Below, piece after piece: positions 9,778-21,092 of a DNA stretch of 39,171 nucleotides. Made by a program: the position numbers and the translations under genes. Each line of letters opens with the position of its first letter. Within the stretch, counting starts at the first letter, position 1. The notes under the pieces are model-generated. The model did no database searches. It saw only the letters and a program-made list of their open reading frames with translations, and had not been told where the DNA came from. Source of the DNA: Bdellovibrionota bacterium. Its GTDB lineage: Bacteria > Bdellovibrionota_C > UBA2361 > OMIW01. The DNA is taken from positions 1 to 39,171 of the forward strand of contig JBIJBT010000018.1 in NCBI GenBank assembly GCA_044345055.1, given 5' to 3'.

Positions 9778-9993
9778 CGTAACAGTTGAAGAGGGTTAGC
9801 CTCTCGATTTCAGCACTCTAGCGATAATTAGCAGCTTGTTCAATTGCAAAGCCAACACCGAGAGAGAATCAGCTAATCAATGCGTATCGAAGCAAAGTTA
9901 AAGAGCCTACATTGCACCTTTTCTTATTATCAGGGCAACATACGGTCAACGTACGTCTGTTTTTGAAGTGCTACGCAGATTACAGTTGCAGTA

Positions 9994-10020
9994 AATATGG
10001 TGCGCGGAATATGGTGCGCG
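9994..10020 (+). repeat. 13-bp direct repeat AATATGGTGCGCG x2 (14-bp period)
   Basis: Exact copies at 9994-10006 and 10008-10020, in the divergent sspB/parC intergenic region. Confidence 0.8.
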
Positions 10021-10096
10021 AGCACGAGCAGTTGCGATTCGGGAGGTGTGTCCCCTGAGTTGGCGAGGAATAACCCGAGGAGGGGAATTAGTAGAG

Positions 10097-12367
10097 ATGG
10101 CAGTCGTTGATACCTTACTTCAGCAAGAATCCCGCGATCGATATCTTACCTACGCTCTTAGTGTAGTGTCTGGGAGAGCGTTGCCTGACGTTCGTGATGG
10201 GCTTAAACCGGTTCAACGGCGAATATTGTTTGCGATGCTAAAAAATCTTGGGATGAGCCCTGATTCATCACATCGCAAATCTGCTTCAGTGGTCGGCGAG
10301 GTACTCGCAAAGTATCACCCGCATGGAGATATCGCTTGTTATGAAGCGATGGTCCGTATGGCGCAGGATTTCTCACTGCGATATCCGCTCGTTGATGGTC
10401 AGGGAAACTTTGGCTCACTCGATGGTGATAGTGCTGCTGCTTATCGTTACACCGAGGTAAAGCTGCGACCGATCGCGATGGAGCTAATCGGTGAGATAGA
10501 TGAGGAAACCGTTGAATTTCGCGATAATTTTGACGGAACAGTTCAGGAGCCAACGGTTCTTCCCTCTCGTATACCGAATCTTCTGATTAATGGGGTTTCA
10601 GGGATCGCGGTTGGTATGGCAACCAGTATTCCTCCACACAATGTGCGAGACACCATTAAAGCCCTTATTGAGCTATCAAAAGATCGAGAGCTTTCAACTG
10701 CTCGGTTAACCGCCTTGATAAAAGCTCCTGATTTTCCCTCGGGATGCCAAATTTTGAGCTCAAAAGCCGAATTGGAAGCGGTCTATCGAACTGGGAAGGG
10801 CTCTATTCGGATGCGTGGAGAATGGTGCATCGAGGAGGGCCAGCGAGGAAAGCGGTTTGTCGTTATTACCACTATTCCATATGCGGTGAACAAGGCTCAG
10901 CTCGTAGAAAAAATAGCAGACCTTATCGTGAGCAGGCGCGTTCCCCAATTAGTTGATGTGCGAGATGAGTCAACCGAGGAGGTACGAATCGTTGCAGAGC
11001 TTGCGCCGGGTGCCGATCCCGAGATTGCGATGGCGTTTGTTTGTAAGCACACCCCTCTTGATTCGACATTCCCGGTAAATCTTACGGTTCTTACCCCAAC
11101 TGGGCCAGGGGGTGCTCTGAATCCGCAGCTGGTGTCTCTCCGCGAATGTCTCTCTCATTTTCTCGATTTTCGAGAGCAGGTCACTGTTCGCCGACTCCAG
11201 TTCGAGAAGAAGAAATTGTTGGAGCGGATCCACATTCTCGAAGGGCTTGCGACTATTTTCGATGCACTCGACGAAGCTATCGCTATCGTACGAAAGAGTG
11301 AGGGTCGATCTGATGCAGCGAGGAAGCTGGAGGCTAGGTTTAAACTCAGTGAAATTCAGTCACTCGCGGTCGTTGATATGAGGATTTATCAACTCTCAAG
11401 GACAAACATCACAGAGCTTCGCGATGAACTCGCAAAAAAGGCAAAGCGGGTGCGAGAGATTGAGCGGCTGGTTAGCGACCCCGAACAGATAATGGAGCTG
11501 GTTCGTACGGACCTTAGTGAAATTGCTGCAACCTTCGGAGATAAGCGGCGTTGTGAGATCGTAAAGGAGGCGGTGGAGGTTGAGATAAAGGAGGAAGATT
11601 TCCTTATTTCAGAGGATGTTCATGCTATTGTTACCCGTGACGGTTGGGTAAAACGGATTCGACAGACAAACGAGCTTAGTGGAACTCGGCTGCGAGAAGG
11701 AGATTCGATTATCTCCGCTCTGCAGGTGAATACAAAAGATCATGTCATCCTGGTGACCAATCTTGGTTCGCTGTATTCAATTCGGGTTGCCGATTTTCCT
11801 GCATCAAGTGGGTATGGTGAGCCGATTCAGAAGCTTTGTCGATTTAAAGATGGCGAGCAGATTATTGGATGTTTTTCTTATGTAGTGGGTGCTACATCTA
11901 CTTCTACCGATTCGATCGGGGAGGGAGCAAAGATTGCTCTTATCAGTAAACAAGGAGTTGGACTTTGTTGCACGGTCGAGGGGTTCGCAGGTCTTAGGCG
12001 AAGTGGAAAGCGGATTGCAAAGCTTCGTGAAGGTGATCACTTTATCGGAGTACAGGTTGTAAACCAGCCAGAGCTCTTGGTGATATCTCGCAAAGGAATG
12101 GCACTTCGATTGAAAGCCACAGAGTTTCCAGCACGTGAAGGAGTTGCGGCTGGTGTCTCGATTGCAAATCTTAAATCTGATGATGAGGTGGTTGCTCTTC
12201 TTCAACGCCCGATTAGTCGACGATTCCTTGTATCGCTCTCATCGGGACGAGAGAAGGAGTTGGCTTGGGAAGCCGTTCCCTTAGCAAAGAGAGATCAGCG
12301 CGGAAGTAAGTTGTCATTGCAGGGTGAGATTGTTGGGGTATCGCCAGTGGCTACGATTGTTCAATAG
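10097..12367 (+). CDS. parC: Type IIA topoisomerase subunit A, topoisomerase IV-like
   Basis: [22 protein letters not shown], catalytic AAYRYTE and a beta-pinwheel C-terminal domain lacking the GyrA box (QxRGGKG). ATG 10097 is preferred over GTG 10046. Confidence 0.85.
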   Translation: MAVVDTLLQQESRDRYLTYALSVVSGRALPDVRDGLKPVQRRILFAMLKNLGMSPDSSHRKSASVVGEVLAKYHPHGDIACYEAMVRMAQDFSLRYPLVDGQGNFGSLDGDSAAAYRYTEVKLRPIAMELIGEIDEETVEFRDNFDGTVQEPTVLPSRIPNLLINGVSGIAVGMATSIPPHNVRDTIKALIELSKDRELSTARLTALIKAPDFPSGCQILSSKAELEAVYRTGKGSIRMRGEWCIEEGQRGKRFVVITTIPYAVNKAQLVEKIADLIVSRRVPQLVDVRDESTEEVRIVAELAPGADPEIAMAFVCKHTPLDSTFPVNLTVLTPTGPGGALNPQLVSLRECLSHFLDFREQVTVRRLQFEKKKLLERIHILEGLATIFDALDEAIAIVRKSEGRSDAARKLEARFKLSEIQSLAVVDMRIYQLSRTNITELRDELAKKAKRVREIERLVSDPEQIMELVRTDLSEIAATFGDKRRCEIVKEAVEVEIKEEDFLISEDVHAIVTRDGWVKRIRQTNELSGTRLREGDSIISALQVNTKDHVILVTNLGSLYSIRVADFPASSGYGEPIQKLCRFKDGEQIIGCFSYVVGATSTSTDSIGEGAKIALISKQGVGLCCTVEGFAGLRRSGKRIAKLREGDHFIGVQVVNQPELLVISRKGMALRLKATEFPAREGVAAGVSIANLKSDDEVVALLQRPISRRFLVSLSSGREKELAWEAVPLAKRDQRGSKLSLQGEIVGVSPVATIVQ

Positions 12368-12441
12368 GGAGCTCATTAAGAGAGAGAGCATCGGCGGTCA
12401 AGGCCGGTTTATGTGATGAGCAAGGTCGAGAGGAAAACGGT

Positions 12442-14376
12442 ATGGTTAGAGGTGAAGCGGCTTACAGCGCAGCTGATATAGAGGTTCTTGAAGGACTAGA
12501 GCCTGTTCGAAAACGGCCCGGTATGTACATCGGGGGCACGGAGGGGCCACAGGGGCTTCATCATCTCGTAAAAGAGATTCTCGATAACTCGATCGATGAG
12601 GCGATGAATGGTCATGCCGACAAAATTATACTCACTCTTCACAAGGGAGGAGATAGTGTTTCGGTTCAGGACAATGGACGTGGGATACCGACAGATACCC
12701 ATCCTCGCTTTAAAAAATCAGCGCTCGAATTGATTCTGACAACCCTTCATGCCGGCGGAAAGTTTTCTGATCGTAATTACGCATCGGCGGGTGGGCTTCA
12801 TGGTGTTGGAGCTTCAGTTGTTAATGCACTCTCAGAGGAGTTAGTCGCAACCGTGGTGCGAGGTGGTGAGGGATGGCAACAAAAGTTTAGTCGAGGTAAA
12901 CCGACCACTCGATTAATTAGTCTCGGAAAGAAGACGGGGCACGGTACGACGATATTTTTTAAACCAGATTCGGAGATATTTCGAGAGACTCGATTCTCTG
13001 CCGAGCGATTGTCTCAGGTGATTGAGGAAAAAGCATTTCTCAATAAAGGACTTCGATTGGTATTCGTCGATGAATCGGCAGGTTCATCAAAAGAATTTTG
13101 GTATCCCGATGGCCTCAGTGCTTATCTTCAGGCCTATCTCACACGTCAGAAGCTCGAGGTTGTTGCTGAAGAGCGGTTCGCTCTTGATAGAAGTGACGGG
13201 ATTCGGGTTGAGGTTGCGTTTTGTTGGACAGACAGTACTACGGAGCGAGTTCTCTCCTATGTGAATGGGATCTATACTGCAGAAGGGGGAAGTCATGAGG
13301 ATGGATTTAAGGGGGGGCTTGTCAAAGCGATTCGCAACTACATCTCGGTCCACGATTGTTTACCTAAAGGGGTAAAATTAGGGGCAGAGGATATTCGAGA
13401 GGGGCTTGTAGCTATTTTGTCGGTCAATGTCCCCGGTTCAATTGCGCAGCTCCAGTTTCAGGGACAAACAAAAGATAAGCTCAATAATCCAGAGGTCGCT
13501 ACTCCCGTTGAAGCGCTGTTAAGAACGTTTGAAAATACACTGAACTCAAAACCCTCTACCGCTGCTGTGCTTCTCGAGAGGATGTCGCTTGCGGCAAAGG
13601 CCCGCGCTGCTGCAAGAACTGCATCTCAGAGCGTGTCGCGAAAGGTTGGAGTCACCCACCGTCTCAACTTGCCGGGTAAGCTGGCGGACTGTTCCTCGAC
13701 CTCTCCCGATAAATCGGAGCTCTTGATCGTCGAGGGGGATTCGGCGGGAGGAAGCGCTAAATTAGGCCGAGATAGGCGATTGCAGGCAGTCTTGCCGCTG
13801 CGAGGAAAGATACTGAATGTGATGGCTCTCACTGAGGCTAAGCTGAAGGAAAATAAAGAGCTCTCTGATCTTGTGGCAGCGCTTGGTTGTGGAATGGGTA
13901 AATCGATGAGGATCGATAAACTGCGCTATCAGAGGATTGTCATCCTTACCGATGCGGATGCAGATGGTTCTCATATCGCATCTTTGTTGATGGCGTTCTT
14001 TTTTCAATTCATGCGACCTCTCATCACCGGCGGCCACATATATCTTGGTCGCCCACCCCTGTATCGGCTCCGATTTGGCTCGGGAGCAAAACAGGAAGAT
14101 CAGTGGGCTTACTCTGATGAGGAAAAAGAGCGAATTATCAAGGCTCGGGGGCCTCGCGGAAAGGTGCAAATTAGCCGATTTAAAGGACTCGGAGAGATGA
14201 ATCCTAAAACTCTCTGGGAAACAACGTTAAACCCTAAGACACGGAATTTACTCCGTATTACTCTCGACGATGAGGCTGCGGCAAGCAGCATGCTTGAGAG
14301 TCTATTTGGGAAAGACTCTGGTGAGAGGTATAGGCTTATTCAGGAACATGCCCATCGCCTCGAGCTCGATGTTTAA
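12442..14376 (+). CDS. parE: Type IIA topoisomerase subunit B, topoisomerase IV-like
   Basis: LEGLEPVRKRPGMYIG, EILDNSIDE, DNGRGIP, GGLHGVGASVVNALS, EGDSAGG, PLRGKILNV, TDADADG, RFKGLGEMNP. It is paired with a subunit A that lacks the GyrA box. Confidence 0.85.
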   Translation: MVRGEAAYSAADIEVLEGLEPVRKRPGMYIGGTEGPQGLHHLVKEILDNSIDEAMNGHADKIILTLHKGGDSVSVQDNGRGIPTDTHPRFKKSALELILTTLHAGGKFSDRNYASAGGLHGVGASVVNALSEELVATVVRGGEGWQQKFSRGKPTTRLISLGKKTGHGTTIFFKPDSEIFRETRFSAERLSQVIEEKAFLNKGLRLVFVDESAGSSKEFWYPDGLSAYLQAYLTRQKLEVVAEERFALDRSDGIRVEVAFCWTDSTTERVLSYVNGIYTAEGGSHEDGFKGGLVKAIRNYISVHDCLPKGVKLGAEDIREGLVAILSVNVPGSIAQLQFQGQTKDKLNNPEVATPVEALLRTFENTLNSKPSTAAVLLERMSLAAKARAAARTASQSVSRKVGVTHRLNLPGKLADCSSTSPDKSELLIVEGDSAGGSAKLGRDRRLQAVLPLRGKILNVMALTEAKLKENKELSDLVAALGCGMGKSMRIDKLRYQRIVILTDADADGSHIASLLMAFFFQFMRPLITGGHIYLGRPPLYRLRFGSGAKQEDQWAYSDEEKERIIKARGPRGKVQISRFKGLGEMNPKTLWETTLNPKTRNLLRITLDDEAAASSMLESLFGKDSGERYRLIQEHAHRLELDV

Positions 14377-14701
14377 CGAATCATTTTTATTGGTACACAA
14401 CAGCAACGGTGCTGGTATTCTAAGAGTAGTAGAGTGTTGATGGCTAAAGAGCATGGAGAGGGTAATAGAAAGGAGAAAGATTTTGTCGTGGGCATTAGTT
14501 GCAACTGATGCTACGATGCGGCCCGTTGAGGGGCTCGTATCGAGAAGATGTTGATAATCGGCGTTGCCCAAAAAGTAGGATCAGATTCCAAATCCGTGAT
14601 CGTTTCCCCTTATAGAATTTTTCGAGCACTAAAATTTTAGCGCTAAAGAGGGCGGGGCGGTTTTAAAAGTTTGAAGTGATTAGTTAGCAAACAAAGATTT
14701 T

Positions 14702-15598
14702 ATGAGTGTGCAATCAACAAAGCCTTCGCGGACCGTTGATCAAGGAGGAATTAGTGAGGGCAAGCCGATACCTGAGGACTTGTTGCTCGCCCTTCGACAG
14801 AGCGCTGAGCAAATGGGGGGCTGCGATCCTCTATGGCTTAAAAATGGTCGACTACCAAACTTTTCTTATGAGGAGTTCGGTGACAAAGGACCGCGGCTAA
14901 TCCTCCTTCATGGACTTTTTGGAGCCGCATCCAACTGGAACTCGGTAATTCCTTATCTTGCCACCTTTTGTCGTCCAATAAATCTGCGTTTTCCTCTGAT
15001 TCAGCTCCATAGCTCGGAGGCTCGGGTAAAGGCGCTCGCGGTTTATACCGAGGCATTTATTCGTACGATAGGTGAGGATCGAGTTTTCCTGTGTGGTAAC
15101 TCATTGGGTGGCCACGTTGCGCTTCGATTAGCTCTCGCCCGTCCTAACCTAGTAAGGGCAATGGTGCTTGCAGCGAGCTCTGGATTGTATGAGCACTCGG
15201 TCGAAGCATTACCACTTCGTCCAAATGCCAACTTTGTTAGAACTCACATGGCAAAGGTATTTTTTAATCAGGAGTTCGTAACTGAGGAAGCTATTCAGGA
15301 AATCGCCGATATCCTGAAGCCCAAAGGAAATGTGCTGAAGATGATTCAGGCGGCACGGAGTGCTAAAAAGGACAATCTCCAATCGGTGCTTCCTACCGTT
15401 CACATACCGAGCCTCCTTCTGTGGGGCACTAATGATAATGTGACGACAATGGAGGTGGCCCATCTTTTCGACAGTCTTCTTCCACAATCAACCTTGCGAA
15501 CGATTGAGCAGTGCGGCCATGCGCCGATGATCGAGCATCCTGCTTGGTTTGCAGAGGAAGTTCGAACCTTTCTCGAACAGCAGGGAGCTTTCAGTTAA
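14702..15598 (+). CDS. Alpha/beta-fold hydrolase
   Basis: LLHGLFG, nucleophile elbow GNSLGG, LLLWGTND and CGHAPMIEHP. Confidence 0.9.
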   Translation: MSVQSTKPSRTVDQGGISEGKPIPEDLLLALRQSAEQMGGCDPLWLKNGRLPNFSYEEFGDKGPRLILLHGLFGAASNWNSVIPYLATFCRPINLRFPLIQLHSSEARVKALAVYTEAFIRTIGEDRVFLCGNSLGGHVALRLALARPNLVRAMVLAASSGLYEHSVEALPLRPNANFVRTHMAKVFFNQEFVTEEAIQEIADILKPKGNVLKMIQAARSAKKDNLQSVLPTVHIPSLLLWGTNDNVTTMEVAHLFDSLLPQSTLRTIEQCGHAPMIEHPAWFAEEVRTFLEQQGAFS

Positions 15599-15681
15599 TC
15601 AGTCCTGTCGTTCTGATTGAACCTATTTTCGGGGTTCGTCGTTTTCCTATCGTGCCCTATCAGTATCCTAAAGGAGATCGG

Positions 15682-16239
15682 ATGCAGCGTGAATCTCTCA
15701 GTCAAACGTTTCCTCTTGGTTCCCCCCTTCCTGACTTTACGCTTCCGGCAACCGATGGATCATCGGTTGTCTCAAGAGATTTTTTCTCAGGTGCATCAGC
15801 CGCGCTGGTTGTATTTGTTTGTAACCACTGCCCCTACGTTAAGGGAAGTGACCAGGAGTTTGTCGATATAGCGAAGCAATTCGGTGATCAAGGGCTTCGC
15901 ATCGTGGCGATCAGCTCAAACGATGCAGTTGCTTACCCTGAAGATAGCTTTGAAAAGATGCGTGAAAAAGCTGAAACGCTGAATTTGTCTTTTCCGTATC
16001 TTTACGATGAGACTCAAAAAGTAGCTCATCTCTTTGATGCTCAATGTACCCCCGAGTGCTATCTCTTTAATCGCGATTTGACCCTCGTCTATCACGGAGC
16101 CATTAACGACTCGCCGAGAGATCCGAGTAAGGTAACCCGTCATTTTTTGCGCGATGCGGTGGGACAGCTCCTCAAAGATGGATCAACTGTTCTTGGTTTC
16201 TCTCATCCAACCGGTTGCTCGATTAAATGGAAAAGCTAA
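15682..16239 (+). CDS. Thioredoxin-family (AhpC/TSA-like) redoxin
   Basis: FVCNHCPYV, ISSNDAVAYPEDSFEKM, FPYLYDETQ, CTPE and GCSIKWK. The start is ATG 15682 after AAGGAG. Confidence 0.9.
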   Translation: MQRESLSQTFPLGSPLPDFTLPATDGSSVVSRDFFSGASAALVVFVCNHCPYVKGSDQEFVDIAKQFGDQGLRIVAISSNDAVAYPEDSFEKMREKAETLNLSFPYLYDETQKVAHLFDAQCTPECYLFNRDLTLVYHGAINDSPRDPSKVTRHFLRDAVGQLLKDGSTVLGFSHPTGCSIKWKS

Positions 16240-16366
16240 GATTCAAAGAATAAGGCGATAGTGTCTGCTCTGCTCTTTGTTAATCGAATATGTTCCGAGA
16301 ATAGAATAGTTCAGTCTTAATCTTCTCGTCTTTCCTGTTTTGTTCAAAATTTAGTGAGGCCGCGTT

Positions 16367-18364
16367 ATGAGCGATTTAGCAGCAATTGAGGAGTTGGCAA
16401 AAACAGTTTCGATGTTGTCAGCGGATGCCGTCCAGCGCGCAAACTCCGGCCATCCTGGTCTGCCGATGGGGGCAGCGGGGTATGCATCTTTATTGTGGGC
16501 TCAATTTCTTCGATTTAATCCTCAAGAACCACGCTGGCTTAATCGAGATCGTTTCGTGTTATCTGCGGGTCATGGCTCGGCGCTCCTCTATTCGCTCCTT
16601 CACCTCTTTGGCTATGAGCTATCGCTTGAAGAGCTACAATCGTTTCGACAGTGGGGAAGTTCAACACCGGGTCATCCTGAGTTTGGGGTAACGGCGGGAG
16701 TCGAGTGTACCACGGGACCATTAGGTCAGGGTGTGGCAAATGGAGTCGGGTTGGCGTTGTCCGGCAAATTGCTCGCAGCGGAGTACGGTTCTGCGCTCTT
16801 TGACTATCGAGTTTACGGTATTGTGAGTGATGGTGATCTGATGGAGGGGATCGCTTCAGAGGCATGCTCGCTCGCTGGTCACCTCGGTTTAGGAAATCTT
16901 ATCTATCTCTACGATGATAATAAGATAAGTTTAGCGGGTTCCACGGACGTTTGTTTCACCGAGTCGGTTCAACAGCGGATGGAATCGTATGGATGGCACG
17001 TCCAATCAGTTGATGCGCAAGATCTCGCTGGGGTGAAGAGGGCGATTGAAAATGCAATCGAAGAAACTGCAAAACCGAGCATCATCGCGGTGCGCTCAAT
17101 CATCGGTTATGGAAGCCCGAACAAGGCGAATACCTATGGAGTTCACGGTTCGCCTCTAGGTGATGCAGAGTTGAGCCTCACGAAGAAAGGATTTGAATGG
17201 CCATCATCTCCTGCGTTTTATGTTCCTGAAGGGGTCTCGAATTTCTGTAAGGAGGTTATTAGTCGAGGTGTTGCCGAACACTCTCGTTGGTCGACGAAAT
17301 ACGCCGAATGGAGGGACTCGCACCCCTCACTTGCAGGCCGTCTCGATGCACAGGTTGAACGGCGACTACCTGAGGCGCTTCGTGATGAGCTTCTCGGTGG
17401 CCTCGGTCACACAAAGGATGAAGCGACCCGCTCGCTCTCAGGCAAGGCCATTCAGATTATGGCAAAGCATCTGAGCCAGTTTATTGGAGGTTCGGCGGAT
17501 CTGGAGCCATCGACAAAGACCCTCATCAAGGATACGACTGAAATACAGAAAGGGGAGTTCGCCGGTCGCAATATTCGATTCGGAGTTCGTGAACACGCCA
17601 TGGGCGCCGTTGTTAATGGTCTTGCTTATGAGCGTCTCTGGTATCCTTTTGGATCAACGTTTCTTGTCTTCTCTGATTATCTGAGACCAGCAATTCGAAT
17701 CGCGGCTCTGTCGCACCTTCAATCACTCTTTATCTTTACGCATGATAGCTTTTGGGTTGGTGAAGATGGTCCTACTCATGAGCCAATTGAGCAGCTGCAG
17801 AGCCTCCGTCTAATTCCGAACCTCTACACATTCCGACCAGCTGATGGACTCGAGGTCGGAGCCTGTTATTGGGCGGCGCTTGAATCACGCGATCAGCCGA
17901 GTGCTCTCATATTTACACGCCAGGATCTACCTGCTTTAGTCAGATCCGAATCTTTTTCAGCTGAAGAGGTATTGCGCGGTGGGTATGTTCTCGAGAGTGA
18001 CCCCGCTCCGCAGTTTGTCATAATCGCTACTGGTTCCGAGGTGGCGCTTGCTGTCGATGCTGCCAAGATTCTTCGAAAAAGTGGGATTCAGCTTCAGATA
18101 GTTTCAATGCCCTGTGTTGAGCTCTTTCTTGAGCAGCCGATTACTGAGCGCAATGCGGTTGTTCCTTCAAAACTTCCGGTTGTTACAATTGAGGCGGGAA
18201 GGACCCTCGGTTGGGAGCGGTTTGCCGGTCGTGATGGGCTTGCAATAGGAATAGATCATTACGGAGCATCCGCCCCAGGCGAGGTATTGGCCGAGAAGTT
18301 TGGATTTACACCGGAGTTGGTTGTAGAGAAAATAACAACATGGTTAAACACTCTCCGAAAATAG
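16367..18364 (+). CDS. tkt: Transketolase
   Basis: [28 protein letters not shown], ThDP motif SDGDLMEG...[13 protein letters not shown] and GEDGPTH. Confidence 0.97.
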   Translation: MSDLAAIEELAKTVSMLSADAVQRANSGHPGLPMGAAGYASLLWAQFLRFNPQEPRWLNRDRFVLSAGHGSALLYSLLHLFGYELSLEELQSFRQWGSSTPGHPEFGVTAGVECTTGPLGQGVANGVGLALSGKLLAAEYGSALFDYRVYGIVSDGDLMEGIASEACSLAGHLGLGNLIYLYDDNKISLAGSTDVCFTESVQQRMESYGWHVQSVDAQDLAGVKRAIENAIEETAKPSIIAVRSIIGYGSPNKANTYGVHGSPLGDAELSLTKKGFEWPSSPAFYVPEGVSNFCKEVISRGVAEHSRWSTKYAEWRDSHPSLAGRLDAQVERRLPEALRDELLGGLGHTKDEATRSLSGKAIQIMAKHLSQFIGGSADLEPSTKTLIKDTTEIQKGEFAGRNIRFGVREHAMGAVVNGLAYERLWYPFGSTFLVFSDYLRPAIRIAALSHLQSLFIFTHDSFWVGEDGPTHEPIEQLQSLRLIPNLYTFRPADGLEVGACYWAALESRDQPSALIFTRQDLPALVRSESFSAEEVLRGGYVLESDPAPQFVIIATGSEVALAVDAAKILRKSGIQLQIVSMPCVELFLEQPITERNAVVPSKLPVVTIEAGRTLGWERFAGRDGLAIGIDHYGASAPGEVLAEKFGFTPELVVEKITTWLNTLRK

Positions 18365-18368
18365 ATTC

Positions 18369-18381
18369 GTTACATTGTAAC
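18369..18381. promoter_or_regulatory. Palindromic candidate operator GTTACATTGTAAC
   Basis: Perfect 6-1-6 palindrome. A near copy lies at 18495-18507 and the same core occurs at 22246-22260. Confidence 0.4.
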
Positions 18382-18526
18382 TGTTTGGCGGAAAGCGGCT
18401 GACCGTATTTTAGGGTGTTGAATAGCCCAAAGTGCACTTGTTTGCTCAGTATTTGGGTCGCTTGAATTGTTATTCAGCAATATCTGGCTGACGAGTTACA
18501 TTGTATCAATAATCGGAGATAGAGGG

Positions 18527-20575
18527 ATGGAACAGGTAGAATCTCCTCAAGATCTGAGCGCCGATAGGAATCAAAGCTTGTGGAGCTACTTTAGCTCAAG
18601 TCAGTGGGTTGTATATCTGCTGATTGTTGGGGGAGCGTTGCTGTTTCGGTGGTTATTACTCGATGATCGCCCGTTGCATCACGATGAATCGCTTCATGCG
18701 ATGTATGGGAAATATTTTTACGATTTTCCGAACGCTCAATACTACAAGTACGATCCCATGCTTCATGGGCCGTTCCTCTACACCATGGTATTCCTCGCTT
18801 ACTGCTCGTTTGGGGTGAGTGATTGGGTTGCACGATTTCCAGCAGCTCTTCTCGGCTCACTCTTTGTAATTGCTCCACTTCTTTTTCGTCGGTTTTTTTC
18901 TCCGACGATGATGCTCCTTGTTACGATAGCAATCGGTTATTCGCCAAGTTTAATTTATTGGTCTCGCTTTCTCCGAGAGGATGTTTTTGTTGTTCTGGGA
19001 ATTCTTATCTCAGTTTATGGAGTCGCAGTCGCTGATAGGCGTTGGGCAGCACCACTCTTTTTTTTAGGTTTTGCAATACAGGCTTGCTCGAAAGAAAATT
19101 GGTTCGTACATGTCGCGATGATGGCGGGCTACTATCTTTTTGAGTTTGGATTTTTTCTCTTTGGAAAAAGAAGCTCGGTTCCGTATCTCGCTGACCTGCG
19201 TCGCTGGTTCATGGGATATTGGTTTCACGCTCTTGTTGGGGTTCTTATCCTTGTTTTCACCTATACCCTCTTTTATACCGCTGGATTTCAGTATTGGAAG
19301 GGACCGCTCGATGGGTTGTATCGTGAAAGTTTAAAATATTGGTTTGAGCATCACGGCAAAGAAAGAATCGTTGGGCCCTTTTTGCATCACGGTTATTGCC
19401 TTCTTTGGTACGATACGATCTTCGTTTTGGTCGCGCTCTATCAGGTAATTCACCTATATCGAAGAGCTCCCGGATGGATGATCTATGCAGCGAGCGTGGT
19501 TCTCTCAGTAGCAGTTGCTATGCCGCTCGTTTTTCTTCGAGGAACAAAATTTGGTGAGCTCGATGAAGGGCTGTTAAAAAGTTTCATTCTCTTTTTTAAG
19601 CTCAAAGATTCGCTTGATCTTTCAGCCTTCATCTTGATGGTACCGCACGCACTCTTTGTGACGATATTTCATCTTCTTCGGGGGGAGCGTCGCCTCGCGA
19701 TTACAGGATACGCTTTTACTGCAAGCCTATTCACCTACAGCTATCTCGGCGAAAAGGTGCCGTGGCTATCACAGTATCCGTTGTGGGGAGGTATTCTCTA
19801 CCTTGCTCTCTATTTTGACTCTCAGGTTAATTTAAGAGAAGCGCTCAGGCATCGTGTGCCGGTTGAAAAATTTCTTTTCTTCCTCGGCGTCATTCTGATG
19901 AGCCTTGGGATTGTTTTTGTATTACAGGACAGTGATGGAGCATCGAACTCTTCCTCTCACTGGATTTTAGGAATTGGAGCAACCCTTGTTGCTTTTGATC
20001 TAATTCAATGGGCTATTAACCTTCTACCGACATCACGATATCGCATTCTGCCCTTTGGCTGGGGGGAATTACCGCTCGGAGCTGTGCTTGTTTCACTCTC
20101 CTTTATTTATCTTGTTCGGATAGCTGCAATAGTAAATTTCACAAATGCAGGAAGTGAAAAAGAGTACATTAGTCAGGTTCACACCACTCATGAATTAAAA
20201 AAGGTTGTAAATCATATCCGCTGGGAGATAGAGAGTCAGTCACGTGGTTATCGCCCTCGGGTATATATTGATGGCGATGCGGTTTGGCCGGTCGTGTGGT
20301 ATCTCCGAGATCTGCCCGAAAATAAATTTGGCGCATCCGCAACAGACCGTCGTGATTTTAAATATCAGATCGTCAATGCTGACGAGGCCGATAAAGTGTC
20401 GGATGTTTACCGAAAAAGACAGATAAACTTGCGAGGGTGGTGGGTTCCCAATTTTGAGGAGATGACCCTGAAGAAATGTCTCTGGTATGCAATTACTCAC
20501 CAACCTTGGAGTGGGACAGGATTTGCTTACACGACACTCCTGACTCGCCGAGGCGAAGAGCCAGGGCAGGGCTAA
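18527..20575 (+). CDS. GT-C fold membrane glycosyltransferase-like protein (TIGR03663/Agl23-like, PMT_2-related)
   Basis: LDDRPLHHDESLHA, YKYDPMLHGP, SRFLRED, SKEN, GEKVPWL and WPVVWYLR, with many TM helices. The likely start is ATG 18527 (GAGGG RBS). Confidence 0.8.
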   Translation: MEQVESPQDLSADRNQSLWSYFSSSQWVVYLLIVGGALLFRWLLLDDRPLHHDESLHAMYGKYFYDFPNAQYYKYDPMLHGPFLYTMVFLAYCSFGVSDWVARFPAALLGSLFVIAPLLFRRFFSPTMMLLVTIAIGYSPSLIYWSRFLREDVFVVLGILISVYGVAVADRRWAAPLFFLGFAIQACSKENWFVHVAMMAGYYLFEFGFFLFGKRSSVPYLADLRRWFMGYWFHALVGVLILVFTYTLFYTAGFQYWKGPLDGLYRESLKYWFEHHGKERIVGPFLHHGYCLLWYDTIFVLVALYQVIHLYRRAPGWMIYAASVVLSVAVAMPLVFLRGTKFGELDEGLLKSFILFFKLKDSLDLSAFILMVPHALFVTIFHLLRGERRLAITGYAFTASLFTYSYLGEKVPWLSQYPLWGGILYLALYFDSQVNLREALRHRVPVEKFLFFLGVILMSLGIVFVLQDSDGASNSSSHWILGIGATLVAFDLIQWAINLLPTSRYRILPFGWGELPLGAVLVSLSFIYLVRIAAIVNFTNAGSEKEYISQVHTTHELKKVVNHIRWEIESQSRGYRPRVYIDGDAVWPVVWYLRDLPENKFGASATDRRDFKYQIVNADEADKVSDVYRKRQINLRGWWVPNFEEMTLKKCLWYAITHQPWSGTGFAYTTLLTRRGEEPGQG

Positions 20576-20604
20576 ATGACCGCGGAACATTTAAAACAGC
20601 AGCT

Positions 20605-21069
20605 ATGATACAAGGCAGTAAATCAAGCGAAATTATATGTGAAGGGGTAGACGAGATTCAGCGTCAGCAGGTCGTTGCAATGTCGCAGGGGGGCTTCTTA
20701 CCCTTTCTTGGAATAACGGTGCGATTCATCTCACCAGCAAAGGTTATCGCCGCCTTGACGGTTCAAGAACATCACCTCCAGCCATGGGGAATTCTTCATG
20801 GCGGTGTATCAGTTGCCCTTGCAGAGACGGTCGCCTCAATCGGAGCGTGGCTTCATTGCTCCCACCCCGATGAATCAGCAGTAGGTATAGAGATTAATGC
20901 GAATCATCTTCGCCCAGTTTCCTCGGGAACCATCGTAGCAACTGCGGAGCCGATACATGCGGGTGGGTTGGTGCAGGTTTGGGGAGTTTCGATTGTTGCT
21001 GAGGAGTCGGGCATCGCAATCACCTCAGCTCGTTGTACTCTTTTGAAAAAATCTCCAAAAGGTCGATAA
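20605..21069 (+). CDS. PaaI-family hotdog thioesterase (MenI/YdiI-like)
   Basis: HLQPWGILHGGVSVALAETVASIGA and VGIEINANHLRPV. The start is uncertain (ATG 20605 or 20680). Confidence 0.88.
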   Translation: MIQGSKSSEIICEGVDEIQRQQVVAMSQGGFLPFLGITVRFISPAKVIAALTVQEHHLQPWGILHGGVSVALAETVASIGAWLHCSHPDESAVGIEINANHLRPVSSGTIVATAEPIHAGGLVQVWGVSIVAEESGIAITSARCTLLKKSPKGR

Positions 21070-21092
21070 CCCCGCAGATAGCAGTAATTCGA

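Noticed and set aside
10097..14376. gyrA/gyrB assignment
   Set aside because: There is no GyrA box and the QRDR is ParC-like (ACYEAMV), so topoisomerase IV is more likely.
14302..14571. 89-aa minus-strand ORF after parE
   Set aside because: It overlaps the parE 3' end in antisense, has a weak start and shows no motif.
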